DNA from: an uncultured Alphaproteobacteria bacterium
GTDB lineage: Bacteria > Pseudomonadota > Alphaproteobacteria > Rhodobacterales > Rhodobacteraceae
Direction of reading: 5' to 3'
Assembly (NCBI GenBank): GCA_963798765.1
Contig: CAWCUP010000020.1
Location: forward strand, 262,043-326,042
DNA: 64,000 nucleotides
Below, piece by piece: positions 40,203 to 49,058 of the stretch. The notes under the pieces were generated by a model. The model searched no databases. It worked only from the letters and a program-made list of their open reading frames with translations, and was not told where the DNA came from. Position 1 is the first letter of the stretch; the number at the start of each line of letters is the position of its first letter. The position numbers and the translations under genes are program-made.

Positions 40203-41125
40203 GCCCGGGACGCCTCCCACGCCGCGAGGATGACCCGGCCGGTCATCAGGTCGAGATGCGCGCCGCCGCCGTTCTTGTAGAGGGTGATCTCGTCCGGACC
40301 GCGTCGCCCGACCCGCCCCGGCACGATGTCGTAGAGATCGCCCAGCACGTCCCCGCGCGCGATCACTCCGCGCGCCAGAGGGTCCTTCAATTCGCCGATA
40401 TGGTCGAGAGTAGTCTCGAAACTGTCCACGAAAACGCGCGACCGGCGCAGCGCGTCGTCATCGGCCTCGCGCATGTCGGCCTTGAAGGCGCCGATCAGAT
40501 CGACGTGCTGGCCCGGCCGCAGCCAGTCGCCGCGCAGGAAAGGGTCGCGCGCCATGGTGGCGCAGGACACGATGTCGGCCTCGGCCACCGCCCCGGCCAG
40601 ATCCTCGGCCACCGTCGCCCCGTGACTGTCGGCCAGCGCGCGGGCCTTGTCGGCCGAGCGGTTCCAGAGCGTGACGTCGATGCCGGGAAAGACCGCGCGG
40701 TACGCCTCGATCAGCGAAGCGGCCACGGCGCCCGCGCCGACGATCAGGAGCCGCCGCGAATCCGGCCGGGCGAGGAGGCGCGCGCCGAGGACGGAATCGC
40801 CCGCCGTCTTCCATTTCGTGACCAGCGCGCTGTCGATCACCGCGAGAGGCAGCCCCGTCGCGTCCTCGAACAGCACCATCGCGCCGTTCACCGAAGCGAG
40901 GCCGCGCGCGGGATTGCCGGGCAGCACCGTGACGGACTTGACCGCCACGCCCATCCCGTCGATCCAGGCCGCGCGGGACAGCAGCGTGTCGGCGCCGCGC
41001 GAAAGGAACGTGTCGCCGATGGCCGGGCGCGGCGCGCGGTGTCCTTCGGCCAGCGCGTCCGCGAGCGCGGTCCAGTCGAGCAGATGCTCGACATCGGCGG
41101 CGGCGATGTAGGGGAGCGCGGCCAC
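40199..41125 (-). CDS. Ornithine cyclodeaminase / mu-crystallin family protein
   Basis: TKWKTAGDS, GAGAVA, HVDLIGAF, MREAD, YKNGGGAHLD. Confidence 0.9.
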   Translation of the reverse strand: MAALPYIAAADVEHLLDWTALADALAEGHRAPRPAIGDTFLSRGADTLLSRAAWIDGMGVAVKSVTVLPGNPARGLASVNGAMVLFEDATGLPLAVIDSALVTKWKTAGDSVLGARLLARPDSRRLLIVGAGAVAASLIEAYRAVFPGIDVTLWNRSADKARALADSHGATVAEDLAGAVAEADIVSCATMARDPFLRGDWLRPGQHVDLIGAFKADMREADDDALRRSRVFVDSFETTLDHIGELKDPLARGVIARGDVLGDLYDIVPGRVGRRGPDEITLYKNGGGAHLDLMTGRVILAAWEASRA

Positions 41126-42309
41126 TATCCGCCGGTCGTCACCATCGCGCGGGCGATCCGCTCCAGCCCGTCGCGCGGCAGGCCGGCGATGTTCACCCGG
41201 CTGTCTCCGACCATGTAGATGCCGTGATCCTTGCGGAGCGCCGCCACCTGGTCCGGACCCAGCCCGAGCCGCGAGAACATGCCGCGGTGATGCGCGATGA
41301 AATCGAAACGGTCGGAATTGGTCTCGCGGCGCAGCGCCTCGGCGAGGCCGGTGCGCAGCGTGAGCATGTCCTGGCGCATGTCCTCGAGCTCGGCCATCCA
41401 GTCGGCGCGCAGATCGGCGTCGTTCAGGATGATCGACACCACCTTGGCGCCGTGATCGGGCGGGAAGGAGAAATTCAGCCGGTTGAGCGTCGCCATGTTG
41501 GCCTTGGTCACGCCGGCGGCCTCGGGCGTTGCGGACAGCGCCAGCGCCACGCCGACCCGGTCGCGGTAGAGGCCGAAATTCTTGGAGCAGCTGGCCGCGA
41601 TCAGCATCTCGGGCACGCGGCCCGCCATGTGACGCACGCCCGCCGCGTCGTCATCGAGCCCGTCGCCGAAGCCCTGGTAGGCCATGTCGATCATCGGCAC
41701 GAGGCCGCGTTCGACGATGAGATCGGTCAGCGCCGCCCATTGGTCGAGGCTCGGATTCGCGCCGGTCGGGTTGTGGCAGCAGCCGTGGAGCAGGATCACG
41801 TCACCCGCTTTCGCGCCCGCGAGATCGGCCTTCATGCCATCGAAATCGACGCCGAGCGTGTCGCCGTCGAAATAACGGTACGTCTTCACCGGAATGCCGA
41901 GATGCGCGAGCATCGCGGGATGGTTGGGCCAGGTCGGGTCCGACAGCCAGACGGTCGCCCCGTCGTCGGACCGGCGGATCAGCTCGAAAAGCTGGCGCAG
42001 CGCGCCGGTGCCGCCGGGGGTCTGCGCGCCCGCCAGCCGCGCGCGGTCGACGGCGTCGCCGAGGATGAGGTCGGCCATGCCGTCCACGAACGAGAGGTCG
42101 CCGAGGAGGCCGACATAGGATTTGGTCGCCTGCTCCGCGAGCAGCCGCTTCTCGGCGGCCTTGACCGCGCGCATGACGGGCGTGCGCCCCTCGGCGTCCT
42201 TGTAGACGCCGACGCCGAGGTCGATCTTGTCGTCGCGCGGATCCTCGGCGAAGAGGCTCATCAGCGCGAGGATCTTGTCGGGCGGCGGCGGGGTCAGGGT
42301 CTCGAACAT
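41125..42309 (-). CDS. Aromatic/aspartate aminotransferase (class I, TyrB/AspC family)
   Basis: IDLGVGVYKD, QTPGGTGAL, HGCCHNPTG, DMAYQGF, SCSKNFGLY, RGMFS. Confidence 0.95.
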   Translation of the reverse strand: MFETLTPPPPDKILALMSLFAEDPRDDKIDLGVGVYKDAEGRTPVMRAVKAAEKRLLAEQATKSYVGLLGDLSFVDGMADLILGDAVDRARLAGAQTPGGTGALRQLFELIRRSDDGATVWLSDPTWPNHPAMLAHLGIPVKTYRYFDGDTLGVDFDGMKADLAGAKAGDVILLHGCCHNPTGANPSLDQWAALTDLIVERGLVPMIDMAYQGFGDGLDDDAAGVRHMAGRVPEMLIAASCSKNFGLYRDRVGVALALSATPEAAGVTKANMATLNRLNFSFPPDHGAKVVSIILNDADLRADWMAELEDMRQDMLTLRTGLAEALRRETNSDRFDFIAHHRGMFSRLGLGPDQVAALRKDHGIYMVGDSRVNIAGLPRDGLERIARAMVTTGG

Positions 42310-42324
42310 GGTGTCCTCCGGGGT

Positions 42325-42882
42325 TCAGTCGCCGTTGATGTCGCGGTCGCGGGTCAGCACGCGGCTTCGGGTCTCGCGGCGCACGGGCGCGAAGCCGGCC
42401 TTCTGGTAGAGCGGCAGGGCGCGCGGGTGGTCGAGGGAATTGGTGTTCACCGTCACGCGCGTCACGCCGGGGCGGTCCCAGGCCGTGTGGACGGCGGTCT
42501 CGATCAGGAAGGTGCCGAGCCCCCGCCCGGTCGCCTCGGGGACCAGGCCGAAATAGGTGAGGTCGCAGAGCCCGGCCTCGCGGCCGTCGAGGATGAAGAA
42601 CCCGTGCGGCCAGCCCGCGCGCATCAGGGTGTAGAGCACCACGCGCGGGTCCTGGAGGAATTCCGCGAGATCGGCGCGGTCGCGCGCGTGCTGGTCGGTC
42701 CATTCGTAGTCGGCGCCGACCGCGTCGTAGAGACAGAGGAAATACCAGACCGGCGGATTCTCGGCCGCGACGAGCGCCGAGACCGGCCCGGCCGGCAGAT
42801 GCGGGCGCGGATGGCGCGGACGGTCCGTCATCTCGAGGAAGGTGACGGTGTACTCGATCGTCTCGCCGGCGGAACGTCTCAT
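42325..42882 (-). CDS. GNAT family N-acetyltransferase
   Basis: YFGLVPEATGRGLG and HPRALPLYQKAGF. Confidence 0.85.
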   Translation of the reverse strand: MRRSAGETIEYTVTFLEMTDRPRHPRPHLPAGPVSALVAAENPPVWYFLCLYDAVGADYEWTDQHARDRADLAEFLQDPRVVLYTLMRAGWPHGFFILDGREAGLCDLTYFGLVPEATGRGLGTFLIETAVHTAWDRPGVTRVTVNTNSLDHPRALPLYQKAGFAPVRRETRSRVLTRDRDINGD

Positions 42883-43730
42883 CCGGTCTCGACCTTCAGA
42901 TCGGGATAGGCGCCCCATTCGGCCCAGGACCCGTCATAGACCGAGACGCGGCGGTTGCCGAGCCGTTCGAGCGCGAGGCTGACGATCGCGGCGGTCACGC
43001 CGGAGCCGCAGGTGGTGATCGCTGGGCGGGCGACATCGACGCCCGCCGCCTCGAAGACGGCGCGAAGGTCCGCGTCGGACTTCATCGTGCCGTCCGGATT
43101 CAGGAGGCTCGCGTAATGGACGTTTTTCGATCCGGGGATGCGGCCCGCGCGCAGGCCGGGGCGCGGCTCGGGCTCCTCGCCGCGGAACCGGGCGGGCGAG
43201 CGGGCGTCGACGATCTGCGCGTCGCCGAGCTTGGCGGTGGCCGCGACCTGGGTGACGTCGCGCACGAGGCCGGAATCGCGCCTCGCGGTGAAGTGGCGGT
43301 CGCGGTGGAGCGGCGCGGAGGCGTCGAGCGGGCGGCCCTCGGCGCGCCATTTCGGCAGCCCGCCGTCGAGCACGGCCACGTCCTCGACCCCGAAGAGCCG
43401 GAACATCCACCAGACCCGCGCCGCGCTGAAAAGCCCGAGCGCGTCATAGACGACGATCCGGTGTCCGTCGCCGATCCCGAGCGCGCGGACGCGGCTGACG
43501 AACTTCTCGGTCGGCGGGACCATGTGCGGCAGGTCGGAGCGGGTGTCGGAGACGTCGTCGATGTCGAAGAACCGCGCGCCGGGAATATGGCCCGCCTCGT
43601 ATTCCGCGCGCCCGTCGCGCCCGGAATCCGGCATGTGCCAGGAGGCGTCGAGCACGCGCAGGTCCGGGGCTTCGAGATGGTCCGCGAGCCACGCGGTCGA
43701 GACCAGAAGCTTCGGATCGCTTGCGGGCAA
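42879..43730 (-). CDS. sseA: 3-mercaptopyruvate sulfurtransferase
   Basis: LVSTAWL, HIPGA, DARSPARF, CGSGVTA, YDGSWAEW. TTG start at 43730 after GGAGA. Confidence 0.93.
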   Translation of the reverse strand: MPASDPKLLVSTAWLADHLEAPDLRVLDASWHMPDSGRDGRAEYEAGHIPGARFFDIDDVSDTRSDLPHMVPPTEKFVSRVRALGIGDGHRIVVYDALGLFSAARVWWMFRLFGVEDVAVLDGGLPKWRAEGRPLDASAPLHRDRHFTARRDSGLVRDVTQVAATAKLGDAQIVDARSPARFRGEEPEPRPGLRAGRIPGSKNVHYASLLNPDGTMKSDADLRAVFEAAGVDVARPAITTCGSGVTAAIVSLALERLGNRRVSVYDGSWAEWGAYPDLKVETG

Positions 43731-43927
43731 CGGATTCTCCGGGACATAATGTTGCGCGGGTCCAACCCGAATAGCCGGGTTGCGGATCGCGGGCAAGGCC
43801 GCGGCGCCGCCCCGGCGGACCGCCCGACGGATCGGTCTCCGCCGGTGAAGGCCGTGTCCCGGCATTGCCATCCCGTCCGTCGGGTCTAGAAGGAAGCCGG
43901 GTCCTCGGACCCGCCCGCAAGGAAGGC

Positions 43928-44845
43928 ATGCGCATGGAACTCGCGAGCGCCAACGGCGTCCGTCTGGCCTACGAGAGCTTCGGCAGCCCGGACGACGAGG
44001 CGATCCTGCTGATCTCCGGCCTCGGCACGCAGATGGTCCGCTGGTCCGGGCCCTTCTGCCTCGACCTCGCCGGGCGCGGCTTCCGGGTGATCCGTTTCGA
44101 CAACCGGGACAGCGGGCGCTCCACCCATCTCCCGCACCTCCCGCCCCCCGATTTCGGCGCGCTCGCGGCCGCGCTCGGGGCCGGGAAGACCCCGGACGTG
44201 CCCTACACGCTTCGCGACATGGCGGCCGACGCGGCGGGGTTGCTCGACGCGCTGGATATCGGCGCCGCGCACGTGGTCGGTCGCTCGATGGGCGGGATGA
44301 TCGCCCAGATCATGGCGACGGACCATCCGGGGCGGGTGCTGTCGCTGACCTCCGTGATGTCGTCGACCGGCAATCCGGGTCTGCCTCCGCCGGATCCGGA
44401 TGTCATGGCGTCGATGATGCGCCCGCGACCGGATCCGGCGGCGGATCCCGAAGGGTTCATGACGCGGAGCGTCGCGTTCGCGCGGCTCTTATCCGGCGGG
44501 GGCGCGTTCGACGAGGCGGCGCACCGGGCCGTCATCCTCGAGGAGACGCGCCGCGGCCACGATCCCGCGGGAACCGCGCGCCAGCTCGCCGCGATGGCCG
44601 TGGCGGGAGACCGGCGCGCGGAGCTCGCGACCGTCTCCGCGCCGACGCTTGTGGTGCATGGCGCCGAGGATCCGCTCATTCCGCCGGCCTGCGGCGAGGA
44701 TACGGCGGCGACGGTTCCCGGCGCGCGGCTGCTTCTGATCGGGGGCATGGGTCACGATCTTCCGGCCCGCTTCGCCGGCGCCGTGGCGGACGCCATCGAG
44801 AGCGTCGCCCGACGCGGCCGGGAGCCCGCCGGGACCGGAGCCTGA
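43928..44845 (+). CDS. Alpha/beta hydrolase
   Basis: FDNRDSG, nucleophile elbow GRSMGG, HGAEDPL, GHD. Confidence 0.9.
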   Translation: MRMELASANGVRLAYESFGSPDDEAILLISGLGTQMVRWSGPFCLDLAGRGFRVIRFDNRDSGRSTHLPHLPPPDFGALAAALGAGKTPDVPYTLRDMAADAAGLLDALDIGAAHVVGRSMGGMIAQIMATDHPGRVLSLTSVMSSTGNPGLPPPDPDVMASMMRPRPDPAADPEGFMTRSVAFARLLSGGGAFDEAAHRAVILEETRRGHDPAGTARQLAAMAVAGDRRAELATVSAPTLVVHGAEDPLIPPACGEDTAATVPGARLLLIGGMGHDLPARFAGAVADAIESVARRGREPAGTGA

Positions 44846-44859
44846 GCGGAGGGGCCCGT

Positions 44860-45230
44860 CGGCCGGAATATCTGATTCCCCTCGGGAAAGCGGTGCGACA
44901 ACGCATTCCGGAGATCTCGGCGGCGAGCGCGAGCGTGGGAGCGCTTCCGCCGAGATAGGGGCGCAGCACCGATCGGAGAGCGGCGACGAAATCCCAATCC
45001 TCGGCGCGCTCCGCCAACGATGGCGGCGCGTCGGCGACCTCCGGAGGTGGCGCGTCGGTCAAGGCCAGCACGTGAGGTCGGACGAGGATCGAACTGAGCG
45101 GCCGTCCCGTGAGGATCCGGGTGTCGCCGTACGCCTCAAGCGCCGCGACGCATTGCCGGGATCGGGACACGAAGGTCATTTCGACCGAGGCCCAGACGTC
45201 GGCCGCCGCGCCTTCCGGCGTCGCCGGCGG
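44860..45230 (-). pseudogene. Internal relic of an AraC-family regulator
   Basis: GDTRILTGRPLSSILV followed by LRSVLRPYLGGSAPTLALAAEISGM (start of the first HTH), which then degenerates. Neither end is present. Confidence 0.6.
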
Positions 45231-45234
45231 CGGC

Positions 45235-45963
45235 GGAGACTCCGTCGCTCTCGCCAAGAAGCTCTCCAACCCGATCTCGGACCTGATCAGCCTGCCGTTC
45301 CAGCTCAACTACAATCAGGGCTTCGCGACCGGCGACGGCGATCAGTACACGCTCAACATCCAGCCGGTGATCCCGTTCTCGATCAGCGCGGACTGGAACG
45401 TCATCTCCCGCACCATCGTGCCGATCGTCAGCCAGGACGGGGTCATCCCCGGCAGAGGCTCGCAATTCGGCCTCGGCGCGACCACCCAGAGCTTCTTCCT
45501 CTCGCCGAAGGCGCCGACGGAAGCCGGCCTGATCTGGGGCGTCGGTCCGGTGTTCCTGATCCCCACGGCGACCGACGACATCGCCACCAACCAATGGGGC
45601 GCGGGCATCACCGGCGTGGCGCTGCGCCAGAGCGGCCCCTGGACCGTCGGGGCGCTGGCCAACCATGTCTGGTCGCTGACGGGCGACGACGAGGACGGCG
45701 ACATCTCGGCGACGTTCCTCCAGCCCTTCGTGAGCTACACCACTCCGAAGGCGACGTCGTTCACGATCAACACCGAGTCGACCTACGACTGGGAAACGGA
45801 ACAATGGTCCGTGCCGATCAACGCCACGATCGGACGGATCGTCAAGATCCACGAGCGACCCGTGCAGTTCAGCCTCGGCGCGCGCTACTACGCCGAGTCC
45901 GCCGACTACGGCCCGGATGGCTGGGGCGCCCGGTTTCAGGTGACGCTGCTGTTTCCGAAATAG
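45235..45963 (+). pseudogene. Outer-membrane beta-barrel-like protein lacking its signal peptide
   Basis: ALAKKLSNPISDLISLPFQ start, alternating beta-strand pattern and C-terminal RFQVTLLFPK. The ORF portion upstream of ~45235 is antisense to the AraC relic. Confidence 0.65.
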
Positions 45964-46036
45964 GCCAAGATGGTGCGGACGCCGCTATCCGCGCGCTCCG
46001 TTCGCCGATATTGACATGAATAGAGGGCAAGAAGAC

Positions 46037-46603
46037 ATGACAAGACGAGTACGGACCGAAACGGTCGCCGTCGATCCGACCCGCCGCCGGATACTTGCCG
46101 GGTCGGCGGGCTGCGTGGCCGTCATCGCGGGCGTCGGCGCGGCGCGGGCGCAGGAGACGACCGGGACCACGGCGGACTTCCTGTTCGTCCAGACCGCCGA
46201 CGCGATGGCGTTCGACGCCGACCGGAATCGCCTGACGCTGCGCGACGTCGGCACGACGACGCTGTTCTTCTCCGACCGCCCCGAGCGGATCGCCGGCAAC
46301 ATGACGACGGCGGCGTTCGTTCCGTTCTGGAGCGAGGGCAAGGACAGTTTCCTCTCCGACAACCCCAACGCCGATCTCTCCATCCTCGAGAACGGCGCGC
46401 TGAAGCAGGTCGTGGTGGAATTGAGCGATCCGGTGCTCGACGCGGGCGATCTCCACTACACGGTGAAGATCGTCTCCGGCGAGATGCCGGTTCTGGGCGA
46501 AAACGTCTCGGTCTTCATCGACGTGATCGGCATGCCGCTGACGCCCCTCTCCGTCGCGGGCGTGCGCCGTCGCACGTTCCGTCGCGCGGCGATCTATCGA
46601 TAA
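46037..46603 (+). CDS. Tat-signal hypothetical protein
   Basis: TRRRILAG...ARA-Q leader; FSDRPER; Arg-rich tail GMPLTPLSVAGVRRRTFRR. Confidence 0.8.
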   Translation: MTRRVRTETVAVDPTRRRILAGSAGCVAVIAGVGAARAQETTGTTADFLFVQTADAMAFDADRNRLTLRDVGTTTLFFSDRPERIAGNMTTAAFVPFWSEGKDSFLSDNPNADLSILENGALKQVVVELSDPVLDAGDLHYTVKIVSGEMPVLGENVSVFIDVIGMPLTPLSVAGVRRRTFRRAAIYR

Positions 46604-46627
46604 GCGGGTTCAAACGGGAGAAATCGA

Positions 46628-48166
46628 ATGAAACGGTCACGACGCCCACTTTCCGCCCCTCTGACGGCCGCGCCCGCACTTTTCGCCACGGCGATGATCG
46701 CGGGCACCGCGGCGCTGGCGCAAGGCGCGCCGACCTATTCGGCGGATGTTCCGGCCAAGATCACGACTCCCGACAGCACCGACACCCGCATCGGCACGCT
46801 GAACTTCAAGGATGGCGCACCGGACGGGAAGACCGTCGATCTGGTGTACGACAACCTCGATTTCATGCGCGGCGTGCAGTCCTTCCTGACCGGCATTTCC
46901 GCCACCTCGATCCGCGCGGCGTGCAACGGGTTCGAGACCATCGGCATCGAAACGAACGAGGCCTTCGGCATCACCGAACAACTCATGGATGCCAGATCCC
47001 TGTTCCTCACGCCGAACACCACCACGGTCTACGGCTTCACCTGTTTCGACCTGTCCGCGGGTCCGATGGTCATGGAGGTGCCGACCGGTGTGCTCGGCCC
47101 CGTCGATGACGCGGATTTCCGCTGGGTCAACGATATCGGCCTGACCGGACCGGATGCCGGCAAGGGGGGCAAGTATCTTTTCGTGCCGCCCGGCAATACC
47201 GAGGCCATGCCCGAGACCGGGTATTTCGTCCAGAAGCCCCGCACGAACACCCTGCTTCTTTTCTTTCGGGCCTTTGTCGAGAATGGCGACGTGGCGGCCG
47301 CCGTGGACCATGTGAAGGCGGGCACCAAGGTCTATCCGCTCAGCGCCGCCGACAATCCGCCGGCGACCGAATTCGTCAATGCCTCCGGCCGGCAGTTCAA
47401 CACGATCAGCGCGAACGATTTCAGCTTCTACGAGGAGCTGAACCAGGTCGTGCAGGCCGAGCCCGCCGACTGGGTGGACCCGGCGACCGTCGGCCTCTAC
47501 GCCTCGATCGGCATCCGCAAGGGTCAGGATTTCGCGCCCGACGAGCGGATGAGGAAGATCCTGACCGAGGCCGTCGCGGTGGGCAACGCCACCGCGCGGA
47601 CCTTCCTGTTCGCGTCCCGGGATCCATCGGCGAAATTCTACGACGATCGCCAGTGGTTCACCACGTTCATCGGCGGAAGCTATCTGTTTCAGGACGGCCC
47701 CGAGCGGCTGATGGATGCGGCCACGATGTTCTTCTACGGCTTCACCGGCATCACTCCGGCGATGACGCTGAAGAAGGCGGGCGAAGGATCGGCCTACGCC
47801 ATGACGGTCCGCGATTCCGCAGGTGATTTCCTCGACGGCGGCAAGACCTACAAGGTCACGCTTCCCGGCCCGGTTCCGGCCAGGGATTTCTGGTCGTTCG
47901 TCGTCTACGACAACCAGTCCCGGTCGCTTTTGGAGACGGATCAGAAGCTGGCGGGCATCGACAGCAACGACAAGGCGCTGACCGTGGGCGCGGACGGGTC
48001 CGCCACCGTCTGGTTCGGACCCGAGGCACCCGAAGGTCACGAATCCAACTGGGTACAGACCGTGCCGGGTCAGGGCTACTTTTCGCTTTTCAGGCTCTAT
48101 GGACCGCTGGACTCGTGGTTCGACAAGACCTGGAAGATCGGCGATCTGGAGCCGGTGACCGAGTGA
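46628..48166 (+). CDS. DUF1254/DUF1214 domain periplasmic protein
   Basis: Signal peptide, FLTPNTTTVY, GPDAGKGGKYLFVPP, FWSFVVYD, NWVQTVPG, LFRLYGP. Confidence 0.88.
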   Translation: MKRSRRPLSAPLTAAPALFATAMIAGTAALAQGAPTYSADVPAKITTPDSTDTRIGTLNFKDGAPDGKTVDLVYDNLDFMRGVQSFLTGISATSIRAACNGFETIGIETNEAFGITEQLMDARSLFLTPNTTTVYGFTCFDLSAGPMVMEVPTGVLGPVDDADFRWVNDIGLTGPDAGKGGKYLFVPPGNTEAMPETGYFVQKPRTNTLLLFFRAFVENGDVAAAVDHVKAGTKVYPLSAADNPPATEFVNASGRQFNTISANDFSFYEELNQVVQAEPADWVDPATVGLYASIGIRKGQDFAPDERMRKILTEAVAVGNATARTFLFASRDPSAKFYDDRQWFTTFIGGSYLFQDGPERLMDAATMFFYGFTGITPAMTLKKAGEGSAYAMTVRDSAGDFLDGGKTYKVTLPGPVPARDFWSFVVYDNQSRSLLETDQKLAGIDSNDKALTVGADGSATVWFGPEAPEGHESNWVQTVPGQGYFSLFRLYGPLDSWFDKTWKIGDLEPVTE

Positions 48167-48189
48167 TATGAAACGGCAGGGAAAATCTG

Positions 48190-49058
48190 ATGGGAGTTCT
48201 CGTATTATACTGACAAAACTCAAGCTCGCCGCCGCCGTGGCGATCGTTTTCCTGCTCTCGCCCCCGTCCACGCCCAGGACGTGACCCCGGAAGAGGCGCG
48301 CGCGATCGCCAAGGAAGCCTACGTCTACGGCTATCCGCTGGTGGACAACTACATCATCTCCTACGACTACTTCGTGGACAAGACGAGCCCGAACTTCAAA
48401 GCGCCCTGGAACGAACTCAAGAACATCAACCGCGTCTTCACGCCGGCCGATACCGCAGTGCAGCCCCCAATTCGGACACGCCGTATTCCTGGGCGGGGCT
48501 GGATCTGCGGGCCGAGCCGATCGTGCTGTCGCTGCCGGAGATCGAGAAAGGTCGCTACTACGACGTCGAGATCTGGGACGCCTACAATTACATCATCGGC
48601 TACGCCGGGTCGCGGACCACGGGCAACGACGCCGGCAACATCATGATCGCCGGGCCGGACTGGACCGGCGAGACCCCTGAAGGCATCAAGAAGGTGTAAA
48701 CGTCCGATACGCAGTTCGGCGTTCTCGTGATCCGCACGCAGCTGTTCAATCCGGCCGACATCACGAACGTCGAGAAGACCCAGGCGGAGTACAAGATGCA
48801 GCCCCTGTCGGCGTTCCTAGGCACGACGCCACCGCCGGCCGTGGACTTCATCGAGCCGCTGACCAAGGCCGAGCTGAAGACGTTGCTCGAGTTCTTCAAC
48901 ATCATGAACTTCGTGCTGACCTACAGCCCGACGGTCCCGAGCGAGAAAGACCTCAGGGAACGCTTCGCGAAGATCGGCATCGAAGGCGGCAAGACCTTCG
49001 ACCCCGCCACGCTCTCGCCGGAAATCAGGACGGCCATCGAAGCGGGCCGCGCCCTGGA
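48190..49058 (+). pseudogene. Second DUF1254-family gene, degraded and 3'-truncated
   Basis: AKEAYVYGYPL and NSDTPYS...DLRAEP. Two apparent -1 shifts (~48268, ~48467), an in-frame TAA at 48697-48699, and an end abutting the recQ stop. Confidence 0.85.

Noticed and set aside
44846-49058. Islet as an active mobile element
   Set aside because: No transposase, integrase, terminal inverted repeats or flanking direct repeats are visible; it is treated as a decayed acquisition.
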